DNA of 64,000 nucleotides, taken from positions 362,715 through 426,714 of the forward strand of contig CAVZQM010000004.1 of assembly GCA_963777495.1 (NCBI GenBank), written 5' to 3'. The position numbers and the translations under genes are program-made. Positions 26,483 through 37,912 of this stretch are shown here, one piece after another; within the stretch, counting starts at the first letter, position 1, and the number at the start of each line of letters is the position of its first letter. Source of the stretch: an uncultured Actinomycetes bacterium. GTDB lineage: Bacteria > Actinomycetota > UBA4738 > HRBIN12. The notes beneath the pieces are model-generated. The model worked only from the letters and a program-made list of their open reading frames with translations, had not been told where the DNA came from and made no database searches.

Positions 26483-29071
26483 CTAGCTCGGTCCGCCGAA
26501 CACCAGGCCGCCGCCGCCCACGTCGATCTCGACGTGGGCGCCGTCATGGATCTCGCCCGAGAGGAGCATCATGGCCAGCGGGTCCTGGATCTCGCGTTGG
26601 ATCAGGCGCTTCAACGGCCGGGCCCCGAAGGCCGGGTCGTAGCCCGTGTTCGCCAGGTAGTCGCGAGCACCATCGGTCAGCGTGACGGTCAGGTTCCGCC
26701 CTTCGAGCCGCCGCTGCAGACCTCGCAGCTGGATGTCCACGATCTGCCGGATCTCGTCACGGCCCAACGGATCGAACACCACGATCTCGTCGATCCGATT
26801 CACGAACTCGGGTCGGAACGCCAGCCGCACGTCTTCCAGGACCGCCGCCTTCTGCTTCTCCCGGTCGATCGACGGCTCGGCGAACACCGCGGAGCCCAGG
26901 TTCGAGGTCATGATCACGATGCTGTTGCGGAAATCCACGGTTCGGCCCTGTCCGTCGGTGAGCCTTCCGTCGTCCAGCAGCTGCAGCAGCACGTTGAAGA
27001 CGTCGCTGTGCGCCTTCTCCAGCTCGTCGAGCAGGACCACGCTGTACGGCCGTCGACGCACCGCCTCCGTGAGCTGCCCGCCTTCGTCGTAGCCGACGTA
27101 GCCGGGCGGAGCCCCGACCAGCCGCGACACGGTGTGCCGCTCCTGGTACTCGCTCATGTCCACACGGACGATCGCTCGCTCGTCGTCGAACAGGTAGTCG
27201 GCGAGCGCTCGCGCGAGCTCCGTCTTTCCGACGCCCGTTGGCCCCAGGAACAGGAACGACCCGATCGGACGATCCGGGTCGGAGAGACCCGCGCGCGAGC
27301 GCCGGATCGCGTTGGCGACGGCTTCCACCGCCTCGACCTGGTCGACGACGCGCGCGTGCAGCGCCTCCTCGAGGTGGACGAGCTTCTGCATCTCGCCCTC
27401 CATCAACCGCGACACCGGGACGCCGGTCCATGTGCTGACGACCTCGGCGACGTCTTCCTCGGTGACCTCTTCCTTCAGCATCTTCCGCTCGGACTGGAGC
27501 TCCTCGAGCAACCGGTTCTCCTCCTCGAGCTGCTTCTCTAGCTCCACCAGCCGGCCGAACCGCAGCTCGGCGGCGCGCTCGAGGTCGCCCTCGCGCTCTG
27601 CGCGCTCGAATTCGTTGCGTACGTCTTCGATCTGCGCTTTGCGCTCGCGGATCTTGGCGATCCGCTCCTTCTCGAGCGTCCAATGCGCGATCATGCCCTC
27701 GCTCTGCTCACGCAGATCCGAGAGTTCCCGCTCCAGGCGTTCCGATCGCTGCTTCGACGCGTCGTCGGTCTCCTTCTGGAGCGCGACACGCTCGATCTCG
27801 AGTTGCTGGACACGTCGCAACACCTCGTCGATCTCGATCGGCATGGAGTCGATCTCGATGCGCAGCCGTGATGCCGACTCGTCGACCAGGTCGATGGCCT
27901 TGTCGGGCAGGAACCGCCCCGTCACGTACCGGTCGGACAGCACGGCGGCCGCCACCAACGCCGGGTCCTGGATCCGGACGCCGTGGTGCACCTCGTACCG
28001 CTCCTTCAATCCGCGCAGGATCGCGATCGTGTCCTCGACGCTCGGCTCCTCGACCAGGACGGGCTGGAAGCGGCGTTCGAGCGCGGGATCCTTCTCGATG
28101 TTCGATCGATACTCGTCGAGCGTGGTGGCGCCGATCGCGCGCAACTCACCGCGCGCGAGCATCGGCTTCAGCATGTTGCCTGCGTCCATGGCCCCTTCGG
28201 CCGCGCCGGCTCCCACGATCGTGTGGAGCTCGTCGATGAACGTGATGACCTCGCCCTCGCTGTCGACGATCTCCTTCAAGACGGCTTTCAGCCGCTCCTC
28301 GAACTCGCCGCGGTACTTGGAACCCGCGATCAAGGAACCGAGGTCCAGCGCGATCACCCGCTTGTTCTTGAGCGACTCGGGGACGTCGCCGGCAACGATC
28401 CGCTGCGCCAGCCCCTCGACGATGGCCGTCTTGCCGACACCGGGCTCGCCGATCAGGACCGGGTTGTTCTTCGTCCGACGGGACAGGACCTGGATCACGC
28501 GGCGCACCTCTTCGTCCCGGCCGATCACCGGATCGAGCTTGCCCTTGCGGGCTTGCTCGGTCAGGTCGCGGCCGTAGCGCTCGAGTGCCTGGTACTTCTC
28601 CTCGGGGTTCTGGTCGGTGACACGCTGGCGTCCCCGAACTTCGGCCAGCGCCGACAGCACGCCGTCGCGCGTCAGCCCGGCCTCCGACAGGATGCGCGAG
28701 GCACCGGACTCCACCTCGAGCAGGGCGAGGAACAGGTGCTCGGTCGAGATGTATTCGTCGGTCAGCGCCTCCGCCTCGCGTCCGGCCGCATCGAGCACCC
28801 GGCCGGTCGTCGCGGAGATGCGCGCATCGGGGGTCTGTCCCTGGGTGTACGTCTTCGGGATCCGGTCGAGCGCCTCATCCACCAGGTCGCGAATCGACTT
28901 CGGCGACACGCCGATCTGATGCAGCAGCGGATACACGACGCCTTCGGGATCCGAGAGCAACGCGAACAAGACGTGCTCGGGCTCGATGGTCTGGTGATTC
29001 CTCGCGACGGCCTGTTGATGAGCCCCCTCCAAGGCGGCCTGCGACTTGATCGTCAATCTGTTGAGATCCAT
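26483..29071 (-). CDS. clpB: ATP-dependent chaperone ClpB
   Basis: 862 aa with a Clp_N domain, two AAA+ modules ([16 protein letters not shown]) and a long coiled-coil middle domain. Confidence 0.97.
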   Translation of the reverse strand: MDLNRLTIKSQAALEGAHQQAVARNHQTIEPEHVLFALLSDPEGVVYPLLHQIGVSPKSIRDLVDEALDRIPKTYTQGQTPDARISATTGRVLDAAGREAEALTDEYISTEHLFLALLEVESGASRILSEAGLTRDGVLSALAEVRGRQRVTDQNPEEKYQALERYGRDLTEQARKGKLDPVIGRDEEVRRVIQVLSRRTKNNPVLIGEPGVGKTAIVEGLAQRIVAGDVPESLKNKRVIALDLGSLIAGSKYRGEFEERLKAVLKEIVDSEGEVITFIDELHTIVGAGAAEGAMDAGNMLKPMLARGELRAIGATTLDEYRSNIEKDPALERRFQPVLVEEPSVEDTIAILRGLKERYEVHHGVRIQDPALVAAAVLSDRYVTGRFLPDKAIDLVDESASRLRIEIDSMPIEIDEVLRRVQQLEIERVALQKETDDASKQRSERLERELSDLREQSEGMIAHWTLEKERIAKIRERKAQIEDVRNEFERAEREGDLERAAELRFGRLVELEKQLEEENRLLEELQSERKMLKEEVTEEDVAEVVSTWTGVPVSRLMEGEMQKLVHLEEALHARVVDQVEAVEAVANAIRRSRAGLSDPDRPIGSFLFLGPTGVGKTELARALADYLFDDERAIVRVDMSEYQERHTVSRLVGAPPGYVGYDEGGQLTEAVRRRPYSVVLLDELEKAHSDVFNVLLQLLDDGRLTDGQGRTVDFRNSIVIMTSNLGSAVFAEPSIDREKQKAAVLEDVRLAFRPEFVNRIDEIVVFDPLGRDEIRQIVDIQLRGLQRRLEGRNLTVTLTDGARDYLANTGYDPAFGARPLKRLIQREIQDPLAMMLLSGEIHDGAHVEIDVGGGGLVFGGPS

Positions 29072-29601
29072 GTTCCTCTCGCTTCGTCGAAATCGTCCTT
29101 GGTCATCGCATAGATCGCGTAGTCGCGTGGAGCGCTCGCCGACGGCATGAAGCTCCGCATCACGCCTTCGAACCGGAACCCGAGTCGCTCCGAGAGGCCT
29201 CGCATCGCCGTGTTGTCGACGTCGGTCGTGAGCTGGACACGATGCGCACCTTCTTGGTCGAACAGGCGCGGCAACAGCTGGGTCAGCGCCGCCCGGCCGA
29301 GACCTCGCCCGCGGTCGGCCTCGTCGAACAGATCGATGCCCAGCTCGAAGACGCCCGGCGGCAGCCCCATCCGCGGCTGACGCGCCTGCACCTCTCCGGC
29401 CAGGCGTCCGTCGACCTGGATGCCGAGCAGCAACTCGGTGCCGTCGAACTCTCCGGACCGCTCGATCCGCTCACCGAGCTCGGCGCGCTCGGCGGGTCCG
29501 AACGAATCCGGATAACCCATCGCCGTGGCCTCGTCCTTGCGAACACGGGCCATCCGGTCCAGATCCCCGGCGTGGAGGCGCACCAGCCGGACGCCGGTCA
29601 T
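29053..29601 (-). CDS. GNAT-family N-acetyltransferase (RimJ/RimL-like)
   Basis: It carries an acetyl-CoA motif ([14 protein letters not shown]). ATG 29601 overlaps the hspR stop (ATGA), and the 3' end overlaps the clpB start by 19 nt. Confidence 0.75.
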   Translation of the reverse strand: MTGVRLVRLHAGDLDRMARVRKDEATAMGYPDSFGPAERAELGERIERSGEFDGTELLLGIQVDGRLAGEVQARQPRMGLPPGVFELGIDLFDEADRGRGLGRAALTQLLPRLFDQEGAHRVQLTTDVDNTAMRGLSERLGFRFEGVMRSFMPSASAPRDYAIYAMTKDDFDEARGTWISTD

Positions 29602-30011
29602 CGAAGCCCTCCCCCGTGCCACGGCATCCGGATCACGGTCCGCGCCGGCACGATCTCCGAGCTCGTCCGGCGCCCCGGCATGGCGATCGCGCGCCGGTGC
29701 GCGAGCTGTTCCTGCAGTTCGTCCACCCGCCGCCGAAGCTCGTCCATCTGCGCGCGCATCTCCATGATCCGCTTCACCCCGGCGAGGTTGATGCCCTCGT
29801 CCTGGGTCAGCGTTTGGATGGACCGGAGGAGCTCGACGTCGGCGTCGGAGTACCGCCGGGTGTTGCCTTCCGTCCGCTGCGGGCGCAACAAACCCTTCCG
29901 CTCGTAGATCCGCAGGGTCTGCGGATGGACGCCGGCCAGCTCCGCCGCCACGCTGATCATGTACACCGCTCGCTGCTCACCGGCGCTCCGTTCCTGCCGC
30001 TCCGCCTTCAC
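29598..30011 (-). CDS. hspR: Heat-shock transcriptional repressor HspR (MerR family)
   Basis: [52 protein letters not shown] is the HspR-type MerR HTH. GTG 30011 overlaps the dnaJ stop (GTGA). It lies downstream of dnaK-grpE-dnaJ. Confidence 0.85.
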   Translation of the reverse strand: MKAERQERSAGEQRAVYMISVAAELAGVHPQTLRIYERKGLLRPQRTEGNTRRYSDADVELLRSIQTLTQDEGINLAGVKRIMEMRAQMDELRRRVDELQEQLAHRRAIAMPGRRTSSEIVPARTVIRMPWHGGGLR

Positions 30012-31159
30012 GCGACCCCCAATCGTTTCCGAGGGGAATCCTTCTGGGCATCCTGTAGCTGCTGAAGCAGCTGCTTCTCCTCCCGCGAGAGCTTGCCGGG
30101 CACGTCGACGTTGACGGTCACCAGCAGGTCGCCGGTCCCGCCCTTCTTCGGCGCGCCCTTGCCGCGCACGCGGAACGTCTTGCCGTTCGGCGTGCCGGCG
30201 GGCACCTTCAACGTCACCGGCCCGTTGAGCGTGGGCACCTCCACGTTGGCGCCCAACGCGGCCTCCGGGTACGACACCGGGAGCTCCACGGTCAGGTTGT
30301 CGCCCTTGCGGCCGAAGACGTCGTGTGGCTTCACGCGGACCTGCACGTAGAGCTCGCCCGGTTGACCGCCGGCCGGCCCGGGCTCGCCGCGACCGGCCAG
30401 TTTGATCCGGGCTCCGTCCTTGACGCCCGCGGGGATCTTGACCTGGAACTTCCGCGTGCGCCGCTCGGCACCCGATCCGTGACACGCCTGGCATGGGTGC
30501 TCGATGATGCGTCCGCTCCCACGGCACTCGGGGCACGGCCGCTCCATCGAGAACAATCCCTGGTTCACGCTGACGGAGCCCGATCCCCCGCACGTCGGAC
30601 ACGTGATGGGGTTCGTGCCCGGCTGGGCACCGTTGCCGTGACACGTGCGGCAGACGGCCGGACCCGAGATGCGCACCGGCACCGTCGTGCCCGCCATGGC
30701 CTCCTCGAACGAGATCTCGGCGTCGGTCTCGAGGTCGGCGCCACGCCGAGCGCGGGACTGGCGCGGCCGGCCGCGGCCGGCCGCGCCGCCGAACCCGCGG
30801 AGCAGGTCGCCGATGTCGAAGTCGGCGGTCTCGTACCGCACCCCGCCCGGCCCGCCGAAGCCGCCCGGCCATCCGCCGGCGGGTCCGCCCGCGCCGGCCC
30901 GTCCGTACCCGGACGCGGCCATCTCACGGACCTGGTCGTAGCTCGCGCGCTTCTCCTCATCGCCCACGACGTCGTACGCGCTGGAGATCTCTTTGAATCG
31001 CTCCTCCGCGTCCCTGTTGCCGGGGTTCGCGTCGGGGTGGAACTGCTGTGCGAGCTTGCGGTAGGCCTTCTTGATGTCGGCGGCGCTCGCGTTCTTGGGC
31101 ACGCCGAGGACCTGGTAGTAGTCCTTGTCGAACCACTCCCGGCGGACCTCGTCTGCCAC
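30008..31159 (-). CDS. dnaJ: Molecular chaperone DnaJ
   Basis: 383 aa with a J-domain (HPD motif), a G-rich linker, and four CxxCxGxG zinc-finger repeats. Confidence 0.95.
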   Translation of the reverse strand: MADEVRREWFDKDYYQVLGVPKNASAADIKKAYRKLAQQFHPDANPGNRDAEERFKEISSAYDVVGDEEKRASYDQVREMAASGYGRAGAGGPAGGWPGGFGGPGGVRYETADFDIGDLLRGFGGAAGRGRPRQSRARRGADLETDAEISFEEAMAGTTVPVRISGPAVCRTCHGNGAQPGTNPITCPTCGGSGSVSVNQGLFSMERPCPECRGSGRIIEHPCQACHGSGAERRTRKFQVKIPAGVKDGARIKLAGRGEPGPAGGQPGELYVQVRVKPHDVFGRKGDNLTVELPVSYPEAALGANVEVPTLNGPVTLKVPAGTPNGKTFRVRGKGAPKKGGTGDLLVTVNVDVPGKLSREEKQLLQQLQDAQKDSPRKRLGVA

Positions 31160-31166
31160 GCCTACC

Positions 31167-31760
31167 TCACTCCCTGTTCACTCGAACGCCGGCCGGACGG
31201 ATCACCCGTCCACGAAGCGTGTATCCCGGCCGCAGCACGTCGGCGACGACCAGGTGATCGCCGTCACCCGTCTGCATCAGGGCCTCGTGCTGCTCGGGGT
31301 CGAACGGCTTGCCTTGGGCGTCCATCCGCTCGAGTCCCTCGGCCTTGAGCGTGTCGGCGAGCTTCGCGTACACCAACTCGACGCCGTGCAGGAACCGGTC
31401 GAAGTCGGGCTTGTCGTTCGCCGACATCAAGGCGAGCTCGAAGTCGTCGAGCACCTCGAGCAACCGCTGGATCGCCGGCACCGAGGCGCGCTCGACCGCG
31501 TCGGTCTGCTCCTTCAGCACACGCTTGCGGTAGTTGTCGAACTCCGCTTGCAGCCGGCGGAGGTGGTCCAGGTACTCGGCCGCCTCCGCGCGAGCGGCGT
31601 CGACGTCCTTCGCGAGGTCGACGCCTTCCTGCTCGAACGGTCCTTCGTCGGGACTACCGGCCTGTTCGGCCGGGGCCGCCTCCGTGTCGTCATCGCGGAT
31701 CCGGCGCTTGTCCGTGATCTTGATCGGCGGACGCTGTTCGTCTTCGTGTTCGGGAGCCAC
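31167..31760 (-). CDS. grpE: Nucleotide exchange factor GrpE
   Basis: 197 aa. [14 protein letters not shown] is the GrpE signature, and it sits between dnaK and dnaJ. Confidence 0.95.
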   Translation of the reverse strand: MAPEHEDEQRPPIKITDKRRIRDDDTEAAPAEQAGSPDEGPFEQEGVDLAKDVDAARAEAAEYLDHLRRLQAEFDNYRKRVLKEQTDAVERASVPAIQRLLEVLDDFELALMSANDKPDFDRFLHGVELVYAKLADTLKAEGLERMDAQGKPFDPEQHEALMQTGDGDHLVVADVLRPGYTLRGRVIRPAGVRVNRE

Positions 31761-33644
31761 TTACGAGGCACCCCCTTCGTCGACGATCTCGCCCTCGACG
31801 ACGTCGTCCTCGGACTCGGCGTGCGCCGGCCCGGCGTCGCCCGCGTCACCGGACGTCCCCGCGTCGGAACCGTCCGGCTGCGCCGCCTGCTGACGCTCGT
31901 ACATCGCCTGGCCGATGCGCTGGAAGATCTGCATCGTGGCCTCGGTGGCCGCGGTCAGCGCTGCCGCCTCGGCCGCCTCGTCCTTCAGCGCTTCCTTCAG
32001 CGCATCGTTGCTTTGCACGAGCTCGGTCTTGTCCGACTCGGGGACCTTGTCGCCGTTCTCTTCCACGAACTTCTCGACCTGGTAGGTCAGCTGGTCCGCC
32101 TGGTTGCGAGCCTCGGCGATCTCCCGGCGAGCGTGGTCCTCTGCCGCGAACTTCTCCGCGTCCTGGACCATCCGCTCGACCTCGTCCTTCGACAGGGCCG
32201 TGCCGCCGGTGATCGTCATGGCTTGCTCCTTGCCGGTGGCCAGGTCCTTGGCACTGACGTTCACGATGCCGTTCGCATCGATGTCGAACGCCACCTCGAC
32301 CTGCGGCACGCCGCGCGGAGCCGGTGCGATCCCCATCAGGTGGAACCTGCCGAGCGACTTCACCGCGGGCGACATGACCGTCTCGGCCTCGCCCTGGAGC
32401 ACGTTGATCTCCACCGTGTTCTGGTTGTCGTCGGCGGTCGTGAAGATCTCCGACTTCCGCGTGGGGATCGTGGTGTTGCGCTCGATCAGCTTGGTGAAGA
32501 TGCCGCCCTTCGTCTCCACGCCGAGCGACAGCGGCGTGACGTCCAGGAGCAGGATGTCCTTCACGTCGCCCTTCAGCACGCCGGCCTGGACCGCGGCGCC
32601 GACCGCGACGACCTCGTCGGGGTTCACGCCCTTGTGCGGCTCCTTGCCTCCCGTGAGCTTCTTCACGAGGTCCTGGATCATGGGCATCCGCGTGGAGCCT
32701 CCGACCAGGATCACGTTGTCGATCACCGCCGCGTCCTTGCCCCAGTCCTTGACCGCCTGCTCGAACGGGGACGTGCAGCGCTCGACCAGGTCCTCGGTCA
32801 TCCGCTCGAACTCGGCGCGGGTGAGCTTCATCTCCAGGTGCAGCGGACCATCGGCCGTCGCCGTGATGAAGGGCAGGTTGATCGTCGTCTCGGCGACCTG
32901 CGACAGCTCGATCTTGGCTTTCTCGGCGGCCTCTTTCAGCCGCTGCATGGCCATGCGGTCGTTGGACAGGTCGACGCCGTGATTGTCCTTGAACGTCTTC
33001 ACGAGCCAGTCCATGATCCGCTGGTCCCAGTCGTCGCCGCCGAGGTTGGTGTCACCATGCGTGGCCTTCACCTCGAACACACCGTCACCGATCTCGAGCA
33101 ACGACACGTCGAACGTGCCGCCGCCCAGGTCGAACACCAAGATGGTGTGGTCGGCGCTGGCCTGCTTGTCCAGACCGTAGGCGAGGGCGGCGGCGGTCGG
33201 CTCGTTGATGATCCGCAGGACCTCGAGCCCGGCGATCTGCCCGGCCTCCTGCGTCGCCTGCCGCTGCGCGTCGTCGAAGTAGGCCGGAACGGTGATGACG
33301 GCCTGACTCACGGAGTCGCCCAGGTAGGCCTCGGCGTCGCGCTTCAGCTTCCCCAGGATCTGCGCGCTGATCTCCTGCGCGGTCCAGGCCTTGCCGTCGA
33401 CGTCGACGGACCAGGCCTTGTCGCCCATGTGGCGCTTGACCGAACGGATCGTTCGATCCGGATTGGTGATGGCCTGCCGCTTGGCGACCTCACCGACCAG
33501 GATCTCGCCGTTCTTCGCGAACCCGACCACCGAGGGCGTGGTTCGCGCCCCTTCGGCGTTCGGCACCACCGCCGGCTCACCGGCCTCCAGGACCGCGACC
33601 ACCGAGTTCGTCGTTCCCAGGTCGATCCCCACTGCTCGTGCCAT
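31761..33644 (-). CDS. dnaK: Molecular chaperone DnaK (Hsp70)
   Basis: 627 aa with the canonical Hsp70 signatures [17 protein letters not shown] and [11 protein letters not shown]. Confidence 0.98.
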   Translation of the reverse strand: MARAVGIDLGTTNSVVAVLEAGEPAVVPNAEGARTTPSVVGFAKNGEILVGEVAKRQAITNPDRTIRSVKRHMGDKAWSVDVDGKAWTAQEISAQILGKLKRDAEAYLGDSVSQAVITVPAYFDDAQRQATQEAGQIAGLEVLRIINEPTAAALAYGLDKQASADHTILVFDLGGGTFDVSLLEIGDGVFEVKATHGDTNLGGDDWDQRIMDWLVKTFKDNHGVDLSNDRMAMQRLKEAAEKAKIELSQVAETTINLPFITATADGPLHLEMKLTRAEFERMTEDLVERCTSPFEQAVKDWGKDAAVIDNVILVGGSTRMPMIQDLVKKLTGGKEPHKGVNPDEVVAVGAAVQAGVLKGDVKDILLLDVTPLSLGVETKGGIFTKLIERNTTIPTRKSEIFTTADDNQNTVEINVLQGEAETVMSPAVKSLGRFHLMGIAPAPRGVPQVEVAFDIDANGIVNVSAKDLATGKEQAMTITGGTALSKDEVERMVQDAEKFAAEDHARREIAEARNQADQLTYQVEKFVEENGDKVPESDKTELVQSNDALKEALKDEAAEAAALTAATEATMQIFQRIGQAMYERQQAAQPDGSDAGTSGDAGDAGPAHAESEDDVVEGEIVDEGGAS

Positions 33645-33715
33645 GCGATGTCCTCCTTCGAGATGGCCCCGGAAGGCCCCTTTCGGCCGTGAGACCGATA
33701 TCTAAGTCTTACTGC

Positions 33716-33744
33716 AGGATAGAACCTGCTGACATGACTAACAA
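33716..33744 (-). promoter_or_regulatory. Candidate sigma-70-type promoter of the dnaK operon
   Basis: On the minus strand, TTGTTA (33744-33739), a 17-nt spacer, then TATCCT (33721-16). The imperfect inverted repeat CTGCAGG-ATAGAA-CCTGCTG (33712-33731) overlaps the -10. By-eye call only. Confidence 0.25.
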
Positions 33745-33746
33745 CT

Positions 33747-35798
33747 TTGGACGCTCAGCAGGCATTCCCGACGGGAGTAAACTCCGGGCCGGTGGTCGCT
33801 CGAACCGGCATCCTCGTGCTCGCACTGGCGATCGCCGCCGGTCTGTTCGCCCGCAGAGCCCGGCTCCTGGCCGGCCTCGTCCGGCTGGGGCGTCCGGTCG
33901 ACCGAAGCGGCGACGTCGCCCGCCGGGTCACGCGCGAAACCGGCCAGGTGCTCGGCCAGCGGAAGCTCTTCCAGCGCGCCCTTCCCGGCCTGATGCACGC
34001 CTGCATCTTCTGGGGGTTCCTGGTCTTGCTGACCACGATCGTGGAAGCCGTCGGCCAGGTCGTCGATCCGGACTTCGCGCTCCCGTGGATCGGACGAGCC
34101 GGCTGGCTCGGCCTGGCGCAGGACGTGTTCGCGGGGCTCGTGCTGGTGGGGGTCGCCATCGCCATCTGGATCCGGGTGGTGCAACGTCCGGAACGGTTCG
34201 TGGGCTCACATCGCCGAGACGCGTTCCGGATCCTGGGGCTGATCACGTGGATCATCCTCACGCTCTTCCTGTTGCGCGGCGCCCGGATCGCGCTGGGCAT
34301 CAGCTCATTCCCGATCGAGTGGACACCGCTCTCACGGGCGTTCTCGGAGCTGTTCACGTGGATGAGCGACGACTGGCAACGCTTCTTCAGCTGGACGTTC
34401 CTCTGGGCGCACCTGCTCCTGGTGCTGGGTTTCCTGGTCTACCTCCCGTACTCGAAGCACCTGCACATCGTCACGAGCGCGATCAACGTGTGGTTCGCGA
34501 GCACCCGGCCGTCGGGCGCGCTGGAGCCGCTGCGCATCGACATGGAGCAGTTGGAATCGGGCGAGCAATCGTTAGGCGCCCAGGCGTTGACCGACCTGAC
34601 GCGGAAGGAGCTCCTCGACCTGTATGCCTGCACGGAGTGCGGCCGCTGCCAGAGCGTCTGCCCTGCATGGAATACCGGCAAGCCTTTGTCGCCGAAGCTC
34701 CTCATCATGGACCTCCGCGATCACCTGCTCGAGGACGGTCCCGACGTGCTGCAGGTGTTGGCGTCGGGGCAGACGCCGGAGCAGGTCGCCCTGGTGCCGG
34801 GGATCGTGGACGACGACGTGGTGTGGTCGTGCACGACGTGCGGCGCCTGCGTGCAGGAGTGTCCCGTCGACATCGAGCACGTCGACACGATCGTCGACCT
34901 TCGCCGCGCGCTCGTGATGGGCGAGTCGCGGTTCCCCCCGGAGGCCGGCGCCATGCTGCGCAACCTGGAGGGCCGATCGAACCCGTGGGGCGTGGCGCAG
35001 TCGGAACGAGGGGACTGGGCGGAGGGGCTCGACGTGCCGGTCGTGAACGGCACCGCGCCCGAATACCTGTACTGGGTCGGGTGCGCCGGATCGTTCGACG
35101 AGCGAGCGCGCGGCATCTCTCGTGCCGTGGCGGAGCTGCTGCAAAAGGCGGGGGTCTCTTTCGCGATCCTGGGTCCGCGGGAGCTGTGCACGGGAGATCC
35201 GGCGCGCCGGATGGGCAACGAATTCCTGTTCCAGACGCTCGCCGAGCAGAACGTCGAGACCATGAACGCGGTAGGCGTCACCAAGGTCATCGCGAACTGC
35301 CCCCATTGCTTCAACACGCTCCGCAACGAGTACCCGCAGTACGGCGGGCACTATGAGGTCATCCACCACACCGAGCTGCTCGGGCGGTTGGTGGCCGATG
35401 GCCGGCTCCATCCCACGGAGCCGGTCGACACCCTCCTCGCGTACCACGACCCGTGCTACCTGGGGCGCCATAACCAGATCTACGACGCACCCCGGGACGT
35501 CCTGGCCAGCGTGCCCGGGCTCCGGACGGCCGAGATGCCCCGTCACCGGGAACGCGGGATGTGCTGCGGGGCAGGCGGTGCCCGGATGTGGATGGAAGAG
35601 GGCATCGGCAAACGGATCAACGCCGAGCGGATGGACGAGGCGGCGGCCACGAACGCGGAAACCGTCGGCGTCGCCTGTCCGTACTGCCTCATCATGCTCG
35701 ATGACGGGGCGAAGGGCCGGGGTGATACGACCGAGGTCCTGGATATCGCCCAAGTGGTCCGACGGTCGCTCTCCGACGAACCACCCTCGGCCGACTGA
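33747..35798 (+). CDS. Membrane-anchored (Fe-S)-binding oxidoreductase (HdrD/GlpC-like, two 4Fe-4S and two CCG domains)
   Basis: N-terminal multi-TM domain, ferredoxin motifs CTECGRCQSVCP and CTTCGACVQECP, and cysteine-rich CCG motifs (CPHCFNTL, DPCYLGRHN, CCGAGG, CPYCLIM). The start is uncertain: TTG 33747 or GTG 33792. Confidence 0.8.
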   Translation: MDAQQAFPTGVNSGPVVARTGILVLALAIAAGLFARRARLLAGLVRLGRPVDRSGDVARRVTRETGQVLGQRKLFQRALPGLMHACIFWGFLVLLTTIVEAVGQVVDPDFALPWIGRAGWLGLAQDVFAGLVLVGVAIAIWIRVVQRPERFVGSHRRDAFRILGLITWIILTLFLLRGARIALGISSFPIEWTPLSRAFSELFTWMSDDWQRFFSWTFLWAHLLLVLGFLVYLPYSKHLHIVTSAINVWFASTRPSGALEPLRIDMEQLESGEQSLGAQALTDLTRKELLDLYACTECGRCQSVCPAWNTGKPLSPKLLIMDLRDHLLEDGPDVLQVLASGQTPEQVALVPGIVDDDVVWSCTTCGACVQECPVDIEHVDTIVDLRRALVMGESRFPPEAGAMLRNLEGRSNPWGVAQSERGDWAEGLDVPVVNGTAPEYLYWVGCAGSFDERARGISRAVAELLQKAGVSFAILGPRELCTGDPARRMGNEFLFQTLAEQNVETMNAVGVTKVIANCPHCFNTLRNEYPQYGGHYEVIHHTELLGRLVADGRLHPTEPVDTLLAYHDPCYLGRHNQIYDAPRDVLASVPGLRTAEMPRHRERGMCCGAGGARMWMEEGIGKRINAERMDEAAATNAETVGVACPYCLIMLDDGAKGRGDTTEVLDIAQVVRRSLSDEPPSAD

Positions 35799-35909
35799 GC
35801 CCTGCACGATCACGAGGATTCTCGTCCCGCAAACGGGTCAAGACGTGGGGCTCGGCAGCCGATGAAGGGACTAGAACCAACGGCCCCGACCGAAGGGATG
35901 TAACCAGGC

Positions 35910-36596
35910 ATGAGCGCGCCGAGCGCCCCCGTGCGTGCCGCGCACGCGCCAGACGCCGTCGACCAGACGGTGGAGGCCCGCGTGCTCGAAGAGCGCGCCC
36001 GATGGGCGATGCGCATCCATGACGGGTTGACCCAGACGGTAACGAGCGCCGTGCTCGAGCTCCAGCAACTTCGGACCCGCATCCTGGCCGACCCGGCCGG
36101 CGCGGTGGCGTCGTTGTCGGGGGTCGAGGCCGCCATCCGCGCCGACCTCCGTGAGGTCCGCCAGATGCTGTTCGAGCTCTACGAGGATCAGCGCCCGCAG
36201 GAACCGCCGCTCGCCACGTTCATCGACGAACTTCTCGCTCGCTGGGGACTCCCGGCGCGCGTGACGATCGAGGGCAACGCGGACGCCGTACCGCGATCGG
36301 TCCTCGAGACCGCGCACGCCGTGCTCGCGGAATCGCTCGCGAACGCCGCGAAGCACGCGGGAACCTTCGACGTCACCGTTCGGGTCGCGGCCGACGCCAC
36401 ACATCTACGGATCGAGGTCGATGACCGCGGCCGTGGGATCGGGGACGCCGAGGACGGCGACCCGCATTTCGGACTCAGCATGATGCGTATCCGCGCCGAG
36501 GATATCGGTGGAACCCTGGAGATCGGATCGACGCCCGGGAGCGGGACCCGCGTGGTCGCGCTCCTTCCCGTCGGAGGGCGAGGAGAGGAACGATGA
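35910..36596 (+). CDS. Soluble sensor histidine kinase (HisKA_3 + HATPase_c, no TM or sensor domain)
   Basis: 228 aa with H-box RIHDGLTQ, N-box ESLANAAKHA, and G-boxes DDRGRGIG / GGTLEIGSTPGSGTRV. Confidence 0.8.
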   Translation: MSAPSAPVRAAHAPDAVDQTVEARVLEERARWAMRIHDGLTQTVTSAVLELQQLRTRILADPAGAVASLSGVEAAIRADLREVRQMLFELYEDQRPQEPPLATFIDELLARWGLPARVTIEGNADAVPRSVLETAHAVLAESLANAAKHAGTFDVTVRVAADATHLRIEVDDRGRGIGDAEDGDPHFGLSMMRIRAEDIGGTLEIGSTPGSGTRVVALLPVGGRGEER

Positions 36597-37279
36597 GGAT
36601 CTTGATCGTGGATGACCACGCGCTCGTGCGTCGTGGCATGGCCTATGTGGTGAAGGAAGGGTTCCCCGACGCGGACGTCGTGGAAGCCGAGGGCGCCTCT
36701 GCGGCGCTCGACGTGATGCGAGCCAAGGCCGCCGACCTGGCGCTCGTCGACGTCCGGATGCCGGACCTCGACGGGTTGGAGTTGCTGCGCGCGATGAAGC
36801 TCGAATGGCCGGACGTGCCGGTGATCATGCTCTCGACCTACGAGAACGCCCCGTACGTGAAGCGCGCGTTGTCGGACGGCGCGGCCGGCTACCTGCTGAA
36901 GGACGCGACACCCGAAGACCTGGGACAGGCCATCAACGTGGCCATCTCCGGCGGGGGGAACGTCCTGTCACCGCGCGTGATCCAGAACCTGTTCGAGGAC
37001 GTGGAGTCCTCGGGAGGCCAGACCACCAACGGGCATTCGAAGTCGCGACGCACCGAATACAACCTGACCCAGCGGGAGCACGACATCCTGGCCCTGCTGT
37101 CCGAGGGACGGAGCAACCGCTCGATCGCCCAGAACCTCTACCTCTCGGAGAAGACGGTGAAGGCGCACCTGGCCGCGATCTTCCGAAAGCTCGGTGTCAC
37201 GAACCGCACGCAGGCCGCGATGATGGCCGTGCAGCTGGGCGTGGGTCCGGTGCCGGGAGCGGTGACGGGGACGGAGTAG
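36593..37279 (+). CDS. NarL/LuxR-family response regulator
   Basis: Receiver domain (MRILIVDDHALVRRG, DVRMPDLDG) plus a LuxR HTH (LTQREHDILALLSEGRSNRSIAQNLYLSEKTVKAHL). The start overlaps the kinase stop. Confidence 0.9.
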   Translation: MRILIVDDHALVRRGMAYVVKEGFPDADVVEAEGASAALDVMRAKAADLALVDVRMPDLDGLELLRAMKLEWPDVPVIMLSTYENAPYVKRALSDGAAGYLLKDATPEDLGQAINVAISGGGNVLSPRVIQNLFEDVESSGGQTTNGHSKSRRTEYNLTQREHDILALLSEGRSNRSIAQNLYLSEKTVKAHLAAIFRKLGVTNRTQAAMMAVQLGVGPVPGAVTGTE

Positions 37280-37302
37280 CGGCACGCGCGGCACCTCCCG
37301 GG

Positions 37303-37881
37303 TTACGACTCGGGCTTCGCCGCGAATTCTTCGAAGAACCGGCTCGCCGTGGGTCCGCGCTGACCCTGGTACTTGCTCTTCGTCGCCTTCGATCCGTAGG
37401 GCATGTCCGCCGGCGTGGACAGGCGGAAGAACGAGATCTGCCCGATCTTCATACCGGGGTAGATCGTGATCGGCAGGTTCGCGACGTTCGAGAGCTCGAG
37501 CGTCAGGTAGCCGTCCCAGCCGGGATCGACGTAGCCGGCCGTCGAGTGGATCAAGAGCCCGAGGCGACCCAGTGAGGACTTGCCCTCCAGGCGTGCGACC
37601 AGGTCATCGGGAAGCCCGACACGCTCGAGTGTCGAGCCCAGCACGAACTCCCCCGGATGCAGGATGAACGGCTCGCCGCCGGGGACCTCGACCAGTTCGG
37701 TCAGATCGGGCTGTTCGTTCCGCACGTCGATGAACGGGTAGCGGTTGTTGCGGAAGACGCGGAACTGCCCGTCCACGTGCAGGTCGATCGACGACGGCTG
37801 CACGCAGCTCTCGTCGAGCGGCTCGATCACGATGCGACCTGCGGCCAGCTCCTCACGGATCGTACGGTCGGACAGGATCAT
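37303..37881 (-). CDS. dcd: dCTP deaminase
   Basis: 192 aa with [10 protein letters not shown]...QPSSIDLHV...[13 protein letters not shown] motifs. Confidence 0.95.
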   Translation of the reverse strand: MILSDRTIREELAAGRIVIEPLDESCVQPSSIDLHVDGQFRVFRNNRYPFIDVRNEQPDLTELVEVPGGEPFILHPGEFVLGSTLERVGLPDDLVARLEGKSSLGRLGLLIHSTAGYVDPGWDGYLTLELSNVANLPITIYPGMKIGQISFFRLSTPADMPYGSKATKSKYQGQRGPTASRFFEEFAAKPES

Positions 37882-37912
37882 CGGCCGGTGATGCTACCGG
37901 GTCGGCGGGCGG

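Noticed and set aside
31125-33692. 855-aa plus-strand ORF
   Set aside because: It is antisense to dnaK and grpE. It has an extreme R/L/V/D/G composition, no motifs, and the opposite strand is unambiguous.
33645-33790. HspR operator (HAIR, CTTGAGT-N7-ACTCAAG) or CIRCE upstream of dnaK
   Set aside because: No match better than short fragments (GGAGT-AA-ACTCC at 33774-33785, CTAAGTC at 33702-33708). Neither spacing nor sequence fits.
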